This document shows positions 29,660 through 40,020 of a stretch of 64,000 bases of DNA, piece after piece (within the stretch, counting starts at the first letter, position 1; each line of letters starts with the position of its first letter). The translations under genes and the position numbers were made by a program. The notes under the pieces were generated by a model, which made no database searches, was not told the DNA's origin, and saw nothing but the letters and a program-made list of their open reading frames with translations. Origin of the DNA: Aquabacterium sp. (lineage in GTDB: Bacteria; Pseudomonadota; Gammaproteobacteria; Burkholderiales; Burkholderiaceae_C); assembly GCA_046299355.1 (NCBI GenBank), contig JBKBIO010000011.1, positions 56,948 through 120,947 on the forward strand. The letters run 5' to 3'.

Positions 29660-30337
29660 TCAAAGGGCGCCACGCCCCGCAGATGCGGGCGCTGGTGCGG
29701 GTGGCCAACTGGCCATGTGGCGCTTGACGGTGTCACGCAACACGCCGAGTTGTCCGTGGAAGAAATGCCCCACACCAGGCACCACCGTCACAGGCAAAGC
29801 CTGTGGGCGAGCCCAGTCCAAAATGCTGCTCAGCGGCACCACATCATCGGCCTCACCCTGCACCACCAGGGTGTCAGCGGGCACATGGGGCACGGCATAC
29901 CGGCTGGTGGCGGGACTGACCAACATCAGATGGGCAGCAGCCTGCCGACCGGGTTGCTGCAACGCCACAAAGGCAGACGCCGCCACAAAACCGCCAAAAG
30001 AGAAGCCCGCCAGGGCCAGCGGCAGGTGATGCGCATCGGCTTGCAAGCGCGCATCGTCGACCACGGCCAGCATGTCCTGCAACTCGCCCCGGCCCTCGTC
30101 CCAGGCACCGACAGACCGCCCGACGCCACGAAAATTGAAACGCACCGCGCGCCAACCGGACTGGACAGCCGCGCGCACCAAGGTGTGCACCACTTTGTTG
30201 TCCATCGTGCCGCCCATCAGGGGGTGCGGATGAGCGATCACGACCACACCCGAAGGTGCATGCGCGGGATCTTCAACCACGATTTCCAACGCACCGCTGG
30301 GGCCGTCAATCGTGTGGGAAGCAGGACGCCCCAACAT
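29660..30337 (-). CDS. Alpha/beta hydrolase
   Basis: HPHPLMGGTMDNKVV, RFNFRGVG, GFSFG, GHFFHG. Confidence 0.92.
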   Translation of the reverse strand: MLGRPASHTIDGPSGALEIVVEDPAHAPSGVVVIAHPHPLMGGTMDNKVVHTLVRAAVQSGWRAVRFNFRGVGRSVGAWDEGRGELQDMLAVVDDARLQADAHHLPLALAGFSFGGFVAASAFVALQQPGRQAAAHLMLVSPATSRYAVPHVPADTLVVQGEADDVVPLSSILDWARPQALPVTVVPGVGHFFHGQLGVLRDTVKRHMASWPPAPAPASAGRGAL

Positions 30338-30358
30338 CAGCTGTTCCGGAACAACGGG

Positions 30359-30685
30359 TCAGCGACCGACGCAGGGCGACAAAACCAGGCGGTCCACCAC
30401 TTCGCCTTTGGCCAAGTGCTTTTCAACGATTTCATCGATGTCGGCCTTGTCCACGAAGGTGTACCAGGTGCCTTCGGGGTAGACCACGGCCACCGGACCA
30501 CCCGAGCAGCGATCCAGACAACCAGCCTTGTTGACACGAACCTTGCCCGGCCCATTCAAGCCCATTTCGGCCACTTTGCTCTTGCAATGGTCGAAGCCTT
30601 CCTTGGCGGCATGGTCAGCACAGCAGTCTTCCCCATTGATGCGCTGGTTCAGACAGAAAAAGACGTGGCGTTGGTAATAGCTCAT
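30359..30685 (-). CDS. Thioredoxin-like [2Fe-2S] ferredoxin
   Basis: HVFFCLN..CC, GCLDRC..GP..VVYPEGTWY. Confidence 0.93.
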   Translation of the reverse strand: MSYYQRHVFFCLNQRINGEDCCADHAAKEGFDHCKSKVAEMGLNGPGKVRVNKAGCLDRCSGGPVAVVYPEGTWYTFVDKADIDEIVEKHLAKGEVVDRLVLSPCVGR

Positions 30686-30722
30686 GGCGGCATTGTAGGC
30701 ACGACCGGCCTCCCGCGGGCGA

Positions 30723-31856
30723 TCAGCCCTGCGGTTCGCGTTGCCACAGGCGCGTCAGCAACCAAACCAGTGCCACGTAGGGCCAGAGCAACCCCACCCA
30801 GCGCGCCAGGCCATGGAACCGGATGAAACGACCATGCTCCCAGGCCTGCAAGGTCTGGGCGTAATACGGATCAGCTGGCGCCAGATGGATCAACACGACC
30901 AAAGCCGCCAAAACGCCCACACCGATGGCCGCGCACACGGTCCGCGAACGATCCACCAACACAGCGCCCCCCAAAGACCCCAGCAGCATGCCCCAAATCA
31001 CCGACAGGCTGACCCAGGTCAGGGCGTGCTGCACCCCGTAATTGATGGCCGTGGACAAGGTGGTGGTAGCCATCGCCATCAGCACCGCGCCACTCAACAA
31101 AATCAAACGCGTCAACCTGGGGCGGGCCAAGGCACATGCCAGACACATGGGCGCCATCAAACCAAAGGCCACGGTGACCACTTCCGTCCCAAAGGCCAGA
31201 TCCGGTCGCACACTGCCGGAGTAGAAGCGCTCCCACATCAGCAAGGGGTCGTCGGGCATCACCCAGGCTTGCCAAGGCGTGTCTTGCAACCACTCCATCA
31301 ACATGACGCGAATGGGCGGCACGATCTGGCCTTGCCCCAAGGGCAGGGGCGGCGGAAACAACAGGCCCAGCGGCCAAACCCAGATCAAAGCCAGACCCAG
31401 TCCGGCCTGCGGGATAAACCAGCGTTCACGCCAACGATGCCAAACCTCGACCAAGCCCAAGGCATGCACCGTGACCGCCGCGAGCGCGCCCCAAGCGGCC
31501 CCCAGGGTGTTCAGCGTCCAATCCGAGATGGATGGGACTCGAACCGGCAAGAAGTACTGACTCAGCTCTAGCCCATAAGACCAGGCCGAACAAAACGCGA
31601 CCGTCTGCACGGCCGCCCAGAACGCATTGGCCCCGCTGCGCAAATGCGCCAGGCACATGATGGCGCCCAGAGGCACATAACCCAACAGGTTCCCGATCAG
31701 GTCATTGAGGGTTTCGTTGCTGAGTTTGGGCAACAGCCACTGAAAGACCTGCGGATCAGGCCAATGCCACCCCACCCACGGATGCAGCGTGGCATAGCTC
31801 ACCAGCGCCAAGGCCATCCATGTCAGAGGCCAGGCCGAGGTCCGATGCAGAGACAT
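30723..31856 (-). CDS. VanZ family membrane protein
   Basis: D..GNLLGYVPLG, E..QYFLP.RVPS..D..LNTLG; many TM helices. Confidence 0.85.
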   Translation of the reverse strand: MSLHRTSAWPLTWMALALVSYATLHPWVGWHWPDPQVFQWLLPKLSNETLNDLIGNLLGYVPLGAIMCLAHLRSGANAFWAAVQTVAFCSAWSYGLELSQYFLPVRVPSISDWTLNTLGAAWGALAAVTVHALGLVEVWHRWRERWFIPQAGLGLALIWVWPLGLLFPPPLPLGQGQIVPPIRVMLMEWLQDTPWQAWVMPDDPLLMWERFYSGSVRPDLAFGTEVVTVAFGLMAPMCLACALARPRLTRLILLSGAVLMAMATTTLSTAINYGVQHALTWVSLSVIWGMLLGSLGGAVLVDRSRTVCAAIGVGVLAALVVLIHLAPADPYYAQTLQAWEHGRFIRFHGLARWVGLLWPYVALVWLLTRLWQREPQG

Positions 31857-31874
31857 GATCCGCCTATCCGCGCA

Positions 31875-32309
31875 TCAACCCGTGAACGGTTTGACCACCA
31901 CCAGGATCACGATCAGCATGAACAGAATGACCGTGATCTCATTGAAAACCCGGAACCAGCGGTGCGGACGCCGGTTTTGCAGATTCTCAAAATCGCGCAA
32001 CAGCTTGCGGCAAACGTGCTGATAACCGATCACCCCCAGCACCAGGGTAAGTTTGATGTGCAACCACCATTGGCCAGGACCTTTGCCAATGCCGTAATGC
32101 AACCAAAGGATCAAGCCGAAAACCAGGGCCGGCACCATCAAAATGGTGGTGAACCGATACAACTTGCGCGCCATGAGCAACAAGCGCTCGCGCTCGGCGT
32201 GGCTGTCCGACGGCACCATGGCCAGGTTCACGAACAGGCGCGGCAGGTAGAACAGCCCAGCAAACCAGCTGGCGACAAAAATGATGTGAAAGGCTTTGAT
32301 CCAGAGCAT
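31875..32309 (-). CDS. hemJ: Protoporphyrinogen oxidase HemJ (CopD-like)
   Basis: WIKAFHIIFVASWFAGLFYLPRLFV, WLHIKL, FNE, VVVKPF. Confidence 0.9.
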   Translation of the reverse strand: MLWIKAFHIIFVASWFAGLFYLPRLFVNLAMVPSDSHAERERLLLMARKLYRFTTILMVPALVFGLILWLHYGIGKGPGQWWLHIKLTLVLGVIGYQHVCRKLLRDFENLQNRRPHRWFRVFNEITVILFMLIVILVVVKPFTG

Positions 32310-32395
32310 GAAGTCATTATGACCAGCTCCGGTCGAGCTGCCCACCACACTAAGATGGCGCGTGGCGGCTTCACCGCAATTCAAAGCGAAAAGCC

Positions 32396-32507
32396 AAAAA
32401 AAAGCCCCAGCAATGCTGGGGCTGTCAAGCCTTAACGCTGTCATCACGGTAAGGCACCTGCTCAGGGAGGAAAAGCAGGGAATGAGGCCTTGCGGCGTAT
32501 CATTCAA
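32396..32507 (-). ncRNA. Anti-hemB-like small RNA with its own terminator
   Basis: TATAAT at 32518-32513; three stem-loops, one with loop UUUCCUCCCUG; terminator AGCCCCAGC-AUU-GCUGGGGCU plus U-tract; opposite strand to and upstream of hemB. Confidence 0.75.
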
Positions 32508-32544
32508 GGCGGATTATAGATGTGTGAGCCGCACATGTGTCTAG

Positions 32545-33630
<1,086 letters not shown>

Positions 33631-33650
33631 GCCCTGGCGGAGGATGGTTC

Positions 33651-34859
33651 TTGCGTTTTTTCCTGATCAACGACCGGTTCACTGAACTGCCTGGCTGGCC
33701 CGACAAAATGCCAGCCCAGGGCTTTTTGTGGGTGTCGACCGCAAGGCGCAAGCTGGAGGTGGAGTTACAAGAGACGCAAAGGGCGCTGCAACGCCTCGCC
33801 GGCGGCGGCTTGGTCGACTTGCACGTGACCGACTTGCTCAACCCGCAACTGCCATCCCAATACGACTACACCTCCTGGTACGACTTGCTGGTGTTTCGCC
33901 GCCTGGCCGCCACACCCAACACCGATCGCTTGATGCAAGAAGAGGGCAAGGCGGCCGCCGCCACCGCCCGCCAGACGATGGCCCAGATAGACACCAGCCC
34001 TGTGGGCTTTGCGGTGTTTGATCGCGTGCTGCTGACTGTGCATCCGGCCGATTGCTCGGTGCGCGAGTTCTTTGAAGGCCGCCTGAGCCAGATGTCCGCC
34101 CCCGGCTCGACCAAGGTCGATCTGGCGCAAACACCAGCTTTTGCACGCGTCGATGGGCCCGACCTGATGGACCCCAACTCGGGCCCAGATGAAGACGAAG
34201 AGCCCGCCTCGCCCACGCGAGCGGACAGCCGCAGCGGCAGCAGCCGACTCCCCCCCAGCCCCGCTGATTTGATGCTGCGCATCATCAACCACATGGTGGA
34301 CAGCTATCTGGACCTGCGTCGCCTGCTGACCAAACACATTGGCCAGTTGCAGCAACAACTGCTGGGCGCCACCAAACGCTTCAACGACTGGCCTTCTCTG
34401 CTGGAATCGCGCAACGCGCTGCACCTGCTGGAAGACACCTGCGAAGACCAACGCAGCGCCGTTCAAGAGTGGATTGACGCCCTGGACGACTGGCCCATCC
34501 CTACCGAGCCACAAGCCGCGCGAGAGCGCGAAGTGCTGCGTGTGCGCTCACGCGACGTGCTCGAGCACATCGAACGGGTGCTGGGCCACGTGCGCCGCCT
34601 TGAAAGCTCGGCGGAGAGCGCCGTTCAGATGCATTTCTCGGTGCAAGGGAGTCGCACCAACGACATCATGCGCACGCTCACCGTGCTGACTGCCATCTTC
34701 TTGCCCCTGAACCTGATCACCGGCATCTTCGGCATGAACTTTGACGAACTGCCCCTGATTCACGAAAAGGCTGGCGCCTGGATTGCCTTGGGCATGATGG
34801 TGTCGATTGCTGGCGTGCTGATCTGGCTCTTCCGGCGCAAGCGTTACATCGACCGCTGA
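33651..34859 (+). CDS. corA: CorA family Mg2+ transporter
   Basis: C-terminal TMs with FGMNF; probable TTG start after GGAGG; 3' end overlaps the udg 3' end by 16 bp. Confidence 0.9.
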   Translation: MRFFLINDRFTELPGWPDKMPAQGFLWVSTARRKLEVELQETQRALQRLAGGGLVDLHVTDLLNPQLPSQYDYTSWYDLLVFRRLAATPNTDRLMQEEGKAAAATARQTMAQIDTSPVGFAVFDRVLLTVHPADCSVREFFEGRLSQMSAPGSTKVDLAQTPAFARVDGPDLMDPNSGPDEDEEPASPTRADSRSGSSRLPPSPADLMLRIINHMVDSYLDLRRLLTKHIGQLQQQLLGATKRFNDWPSLLESRNALHLLEDTCEDQRSAVQEWIDALDDWPIPTEPQAAREREVLRVRSRDVLEHIERVLGHVRRLESSAESAVQMHFSVQGSRTNDIMRTLTVLTAIFLPLNLITGIFGMNFDELPLIHEKAGAWIALGMMVSIAGVLIWLFRRKRYIDR

Positions 34860-35701
34860 GCCCAGACTTCGCGCGCCAGGCACAGGTCATCCCACACCAA
34901 GGCCTTGTCCGCGGGGTTGCGAAGCAAATAGGCGGGGTGATAGGTCACGATCACCGGCACGCCACTCACCTCGTGGACCTTGCCGCGCAGTCGCCCGATG
35001 GCCTCGTTGGACTTCAGAAGCGACTGCACCGCAAACCGCCCCATGGCCAGGATCAACTTGGGCTGCACCAACTCGATCTGCCTGAGCAGATAAGGTTCGC
35101 ACTGTGCGACCTCTTGCGGCAAAGGATTGCGGTTGGCGGGTGGCCGGCACTTGAGCACATTGGCGATGTAGACCTGCTGCGCCGCGCTGGCGTCCGCGCG
35201 CGTGAGCTTCAAGGACTCCAGCATGCGGTCGAGCAACACCCCTGCCCGGCCCACGAAGGGCTCGCCTTGCTTGTCCTCTTGCTCGCCCGGCGCCTCGCCG
35301 ACGATCATCCATTCCGCCTCGATGTGGCCCACGCCAAAGACGGTCTGACGCCGGCTTTCACACAAAGCACAAGCTTGGCACGCGGCCACGGCCTCCCTCA
35401 AAGCAGGCCAATCCATGTGTTCCACACCTGCAGGGCGGGCGGGGCGAACCTTGTCGTCCAGCGCTTCGGTGGCCACGGCTGCCACCGATCGCATCGGTGG
35501 GGCGGGTCGGGCCGCCACGCGGGGCGCTGCTGGCGCTGCCGCTGGGGCCACGATCGGTGCAGCGCGGTGGGTCAACTCCACGGCTTCCGACATCGCCGGG
35601 TGTGCGGGCTCTACCGGTTCGGAAGACACCGTCTCCACCGGCCAAAACGGCGGAATCCCCATTTCGCGCAACATGGCGCGTTGGCGTTCAGTCCACCGCA
35701 T
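34844..35701 (-). CDS. Family-4 uracil-DNA glycosylase with N-terminal extension
   Basis: CQAC, GEAPG, PFVG, KCRPP.NR.P, HPAY motifs; about 95 extra N-terminal residues. Confidence 0.93.
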   Translation of the reverse strand: MRWTERQRAMLREMGIPPFWPVETVSSEPVEPAHPAMSEAVELTHRAAPIVAPAAAPAAPRVAARPAPPMRSVAAVATEALDDKVRPARPAGVEHMDWPALREAVAACQACALCESRRQTVFGVGHIEAEWMIVGEAPGEQEDKQGEPFVGRAGVLLDRMLESLKLTRADASAAQQVYIANVLKCRPPANRNPLPQEVAQCEPYLLRQIELVQPKLILAMGRFAVQSLLKSNEAIGRLRGKVHEVSGVPVIVTYHPAYLLRNPADKALVWDDLCLAREVWAQRSM

Positions 35702-36191
35702 GAGGGGCCTCCGTGGGATTCAAAATGACACGCTTCATGACCAGCGCATCTTCACGGCCTTCGGGTGCCGGGTAATAGTTCTTGCGCACACCCACGGTCT
35801 CGAAGCCCTCACGCACATACAAGGCTTTGGCTCGCTGGTTGCTGGGGCGCACCTCCAACCAAAGGGTTTGCGCCGCGCGCTGTTGGCACAGCTCATACAG
35901 AATCGACATCAAGGCCGGCGCGAGCCCGGAGCCATGCCATCGCCGATCCACGGCGATGTTGAGCAGGTGCATCTCATCCACCCCATCCATCATGACCAAC
36001 ACGGCAGCGATGGCGCCCGTATCAGCCTCGCATCGCACGCGTACCCAATACCCCGCGCGCATAGATGAGCGATAGTTGTCTTCACTCCAGGCGTGAACGG
36101 GATGCATGCAGGCCGCCAATTCCATGGCCCTGACGGCAGGAATGTCAGCCTCGGTCATGGGCCGGTCGATCCAACGGGGCGCCGCGCTCAT
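35688..36191 (-). CDS. rimI: Ribosomal protein S18 alanine N-acetyltransferase
   Basis: EMHLLNIAV, LWLEVRPSN..A..LY...GF...G.RKNYY, EDALVM. Confidence 0.95.
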   Translation of the reverse strand: MSAAPRWIDRPMTEADIPAVRAMELAACMHPVHAWSEDNYRSSMRAGYWVRVRCEADTGAIAAVLVMMDGVDEMHLLNIAVDRRWHGSGLAPALMSILYELCQQRAAQTLWLEVRPSNQRAKALYVREGFETVGVRKNYYPAPEGREDALVMKRVILNPTEAPHAVD

Positions 36192-36928
36192 GCTTTCGCT
36201 GCCTGCCTCTCGGCGGTGGTTTGCGCGACCTTGTCGCGCACATAACGCGGCAAGGCCAAGGCGGCATCCATGGCCAAACCTTGGTGCCAGGCGCGTAGCG
36301 CCACCGAAGCCTGCGCTGCGCCACTGGGCATGGCTTGCGCCCACTGAAGCCGCGCGGGGACCCCAACAAAACGATCGGCGTAGGCCAACAAGGCGCTGCC
36401 GGCCAGATGCTGGGGCGCTTGGGCAGACCACCGCTGCTGTGGCTCCGTCAAGGGCCACAACTGCGCGTCATGCACCAAAGCCCATCCCAGCGTCTCACCC
36501 TGCCACCGGTAGGCCGCCACATACATTTCTTCCATGCGCGCGTCTTGCAGCACCCAGACCTCGTCGCCGTCAGCCCAGGCAGACGGATCGATCTGGCGAG
36601 CGGACTCGGCCACCAGCATCAAGGTGTCCAAAGCCAACACCGGTTTGTTCACCCCCAAGGCCAAACCTTGCGCCGTCGAACAAGCGGTGCGCAAGCCGGT
36701 GAAGGCGCCCGGCCCGGCCCCGAATGCGATGGCATCCAAATCACGCCACGCCAGGCCCGCTTCAGCCACCAAGGTCTGCAGGGCAGGCAACAGCGTGACA
36801 GAGGCTTGCGCCCCACCAGCCAACTCAACCACGCGCGTCTCATCACCACGCACCAAAGCCGCGTGCACGCGCTCGGTCGAGGTATCGAGAGACAAGAGGG
36901 TCGGAGAAGCCACAGCAGGAGATGTCAT
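36188..36928 (-). CDS. tsaB: tRNA t6A biosynthesis protein TsaB
   Basis: LSLDTST, GPGAFTGLR, DARMEE.Y, P.YVRDKVA. Confidence 0.95.
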   Translation of the reverse strand: MTSPAVASPTLLSLDTSTERVHAALVRGDETRVVELAGGAQASVTLLPALQTLVAEAGLAWRDLDAIAFGAGPGAFTGLRTACSTAQGLALGVNKPVLALDTLMLVAESARQIDPSAWADGDEVWVLQDARMEEMYVAAYRWQGETLGWALVHDAQLWPLTEPQQRWSAQAPQHLAGSALLAYADRFVGVPARLQWAQAMPSGAAQASVALRAWHQGLAMDAALALPRYVRDKVAQTTAERQAAKA

Positions 36929-36966
36929 ACGCCCGCAAGTGTAAAGCCCCACCCTATGATGTCGCC

Positions 36967-38565
36967 ATGATTCGTCTGGACGTCATGTATTGGATTTCTC
37001 ATTGGGTTGCCGTGGTCACGCGACTCTCCCTCCATCTCCGGCGCATCACGCTGGCACCGTTGCTGGCCCTGTCAGGCTTGGCCGGCACAGCGGGCACCTT
37101 GCAAGCAGCCGACTTCGCTGGGTGGCCCAGCGCATTGAAAGACATCGCGCAGCGTCAACGCATCGCGCCGCAGCAGGTCGCCATGTGGGTGGCGCCGGTT
37201 GACGGCGGCCCCGATCGACTGGCCATCGATGTGGATACCCCCCGCTCCGTGGCCTCGGTGATGAAGTTGTTCACCACCGGCACCGCCCTGCAAACCCTGG
37301 GTCCCGCCTACACCTGGAAAACCGAGGTCGGGCTGGGTGGGCCGCTGGGCACGGATGGCCATGTGGCCGGCCCCATCTATTTGCGCGGCAGCGGCGACCC
37401 GGGCTTGGTGCTGGAACGCGTGCAATTGATGCTGTCGCGCTGGCGCGCTGCTGGCCTGCACGTGATTGAAGGCGATTGGATTCTGGATCGCAGCTTGTTT
37501 CAACTCTCGCCGCACGATCCCGCCGCCTTTGACGGCGCAGCACTCAAGCCTTACAACGCCGGGCCTGACGCCTTGCTGCTGAACCATCGCGCCCTGATCC
37601 TACGCTTTCGCCCAGACGACGCCCTGCCACAACGGGTGAAGGTAACCCTGGAGCCCGAACTGGCGGAGATGGAAATCGTCAACCGCCTGAAGTTGCACGA
37701 AACCGCGCCGTGCGGCGATTGGCGCGAAGGCATCACCCTGTCGCTGGAGCCCGACAGCCACTGGCACCTGACATCGACCAGCCAGCAGCGCCGCTGGCAC
37801 GTGCGCCTCGACGGCAGTTACCCCAAAGCGTGCCTGGAACGCGATTGGCCCCTGCTGTGGACCGGCGATCATGCCGACGATTACGCGGCACGCCTTTTGA
37901 CACCCATGTGGCGACAGTTGGGCGGGCACCTGCAGGGCCAAGTCCGCTCCGGCGCCTGGCCTGAAGGTTTGCCCGTGTGGTCACGCTGGACCTCGCCGCC
38001 TTTGAGCCAAGCCGTGCAAGACATCAACAAGTTCAGCAACAACGTGATGGCGCGCCAGTTGTTCTTGACCCTGGGCACCCTTGCCCCCGCGCGCCCAGTG
38101 ACCTTGCCCCAAGCGCAAACCGTGGTGGCCGAACACGTGCGCGCCCAAACTACCTCACGGGAAGCGCTGTCGGCATGCGCCGGTGACCATCTGGTGTTGG
38201 ACAACGGCTCCGGCTTGTCGCGCACCGAGCGCAGCAGCGCACGCTGCCTGGGCGAGTGGATGCGAGCCCTGTGGCGCAGCCCGGTCATGCCTGAAATGCT
38301 CGCGTCACTCCCGATTGCGGGCGTGGACGGCACCGCGCGCCGACTGAATGGCGCCAGCGGCAAAGTCCACTTGAAGACGGGATCATTGGACGGCACCTCG
38401 GCCATTGCGGGCTATGCGCACGCCGACTCTGGCCGCCGCTACGTCGTCATCGGCGTGGTGAATGGCCAGACCGACGGCGCCAGACCGTTGCTGGATGCCC
38501 TGATGAGCTGGGCCGTTCAAGACATATCGACCCAGGCCAGCATCTCCAGCGCGCCCACACCATGA
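36967..38565 (+). CDS. dacB: D-Ala-D-Ala carboxypeptidase/endopeptidase PBP4 (peptidase S13)
   Basis: SVMK, GSGDP, SNN, NGSGLSR, KTG; start uncertain. Confidence 0.93.
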   Translation: MIRLDVMYWISHWVAVVTRLSLHLRRITLAPLLALSGLAGTAGTLQAADFAGWPSALKDIAQRQRIAPQQVAMWVAPVDGGPDRLAIDVDTPRSVASVMKLFTTGTALQTLGPAYTWKTEVGLGGPLGTDGHVAGPIYLRGSGDPGLVLERVQLMLSRWRAAGLHVIEGDWILDRSLFQLSPHDPAAFDGAALKPYNAGPDALLLNHRALILRFRPDDALPQRVKVTLEPELAEMEIVNRLKLHETAPCGDWREGITLSLEPDSHWHLTSTSQQRRWHVRLDGSYPKACLERDWPLLWTGDHADDYAARLLTPMWRQLGGHLQGQVRSGAWPEGLPVWSRWTSPPLSQAVQDINKFSNNVMARQLFLTLGTLAPARPVTLPQAQTVVAEHVRAQTTSREALSACAGDHLVLDNGSGLSRTERSSARCLGEWMRALWRSPVMPEMLASLPIAGVDGTARRLNGASGKVHLKTGSLDGTSAIAGYAHADSGRRYVVIGVVNGQTDGARPLLDALMSWAVQDISTQASISSAPTP

Positions 38566-38837
38566 CACAGACAGAACTCGACATCCTCGGCACCATCGCC
38601 GCCTGCCTGACCACCGGGTCCTTCATCCCTCAGGCCTGGTTGACCTTCAAGACCCGTGACGTGAGCGGCATCTCTTTGGGCATGTACAGCGCCTTCACCA
38701 CTGGCGTGGGCTTGTGGCTGATCTACGGCTGGTCGATCGGATCGTGGCCCATCACCATTGCCAACGCCATCACCTTGGCGCTGGCCAGCGCGATATTGGT
38801 GATGCGGTTGGTGTACGGAAGACGAACAGCGTCTTAG
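38562..38837 (+). CDS. SemiSWEET (PQ-loop) transporter
   Basis: 91 aa, three TMs, F.PQ, DVSGISLGMY, WLIYG, AN; ATGA overlap with dacB. Confidence 0.92.
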   Translation: MTQTELDILGTIAACLTTGSFIPQAWLTFKTRDVSGISLGMYSAFTTGVGLWLIYGWSIGSWPITIANAITLALASAILVMRLVYGRRTAS

Positions 38838-39949
38838 AACGGCTGGTTGGCAATGCGAGCCAATACCAAATTGGCAAACGTCTGACGAATGTAGAACCCA
38901 TTGGAGACATGGGTGGCGTCAGACCAAAGGTAGGTGTTGTCCGAACCGTCGGCGTTGCCCGATGTCGGCGCAGCCGTCAGCGCCGAATCCAGACACAAGG
39001 GCGCAGTGGTAGCGGGCGAGGCGCACCCTGCCGCATCGATGTTCACAAGCCCGAAACTGTTGCTGGTGGTACCGAACACCTGAACGTTCGACACCATCGC
39101 TTCCACGGCTTGATCCAGTCGAATCAAACCCAATTGTTGGCCCGTATAGATCGCGCCAGCTCGCAACTCAGCGCCTTCGTTAAATGCCTTACCTAGGGCC
39201 AGCATGGCCGCCTTGTTTCTAACCAAGTCTCCGGACGGCGAAGACTTCACCAAGGGCGACTCGCTCAAGCCGGGGCTCAACACCAACAGCACCCGAGCGC
39301 CTTTGTTGACCAAGGGCCGTAGTCCTTCTGCAAACGCTTGCCCCTTGGCCTTCAAGGCCAATCGAATCACTTCCAAATTAGACGGAGCCGCCAAAAACTG
39401 ACGATAGGCCTTCACGATGTCCGCACGACCGGCATTGACCGACACAAGTGTCTGGCCATCCACCTTGTCCAGATTCGCATTGATCTTGGCCAAAATCGCA
39501 TCGACGCCTGCATTGGTCACCGCCAGATCAACGCTGGTGTCATTGGTCACGTCCACATCACCGGGGTCATTGGCCAACATCACCGCCGTTTTGAGGTTCA
39601 CTGCGTCAGAGAGCCACGCCGCGCACTCATTCGAAAACTTGAAACCCAAGGCATCAGCAGCCAACATGATCCAGCTGTAATGGTCTACACAATCGTAGGG
39701 GCCTGAAGATCCACTCACGAAAGAAGCTGCACCATACGTCGCGCCCTCATTGGCGGACACACCTGCCAACCCATCTGACGTGATCAAGGACAGCTCATCA
39801 CCAAACACCACAAAGGATTGAGGCTCAAACTTCTTGGACTGAGTGCCCCCTCCGCAACTGGCCAGCGTTGCCACGGCCAGACAAGAGACCAACACGACAC
39901 CGGCGCGACGCAGCGCACGAGTCAAGGTCGAAGGGGCAGAACGATGCAT
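38834..39949 (-). CDS. SGNH/GDSL-fold lipoprotein with atypical active site
   Basis: Lipobox LASC-GGG; block I FGDELS, block III GRAD, block V YLWSDATH. Confidence 0.75.
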   Translation of the reverse strand: MHRSAPSTLTRALRRAGVVLVSCLAVATLASCGGGTQSKKFEPQSFVVFGDELSLITSDGLAGVSANEGATYGAASFVSGSSGPYDCVDHYSWIMLAADALGFKFSNECAAWLSDAVNLKTAVMLANDPGDVDVTNDTSVDLAVTNAGVDAILAKINANLDKVDGQTLVSVNAGRADIVKAYRQFLAAPSNLEVIRLALKAKGQAFAEGLRPLVNKGARVLLVLSPGLSESPLVKSSPSGDLVRNKAAMLALGKAFNEGAELRAGAIYTGQQLGLIRLDQAVEAMVSNVQVFGTTSNSFGLVNIDAAGCASPATTAPLCLDSALTAAPTSGNADGSDNTYLWSDATHVSNGFYIRQTFANLVLARIANQPF

Positions 39950-40020
39950 GAAAGCTCCAAAAACGGATCGAATGTAGTCAGGGCGCAAGAATACCCCGAG
40001 CTGAAGTCTAGAAACGCGGA

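Noticed and set aside
30723-31856. VanZ protein as a glycopeptide-resistance determinant
   Set aside because: VanZ-like domains are widespread; no van cluster is present.
32310-32507. 66-aa N-terminal extension of HemJ in the ORF track
   Set aside because: Homology starts at MLWIKAFH (32309); the extension overlaps the sRNA and its terminator.
34844-35701. UDG as a sign of a prophage (family is often labelled 'phage SPO1 polymerase-related')
   Set aside because: It sits in the tsaB-rimI housekeeping operon and no phage genes are nearby.
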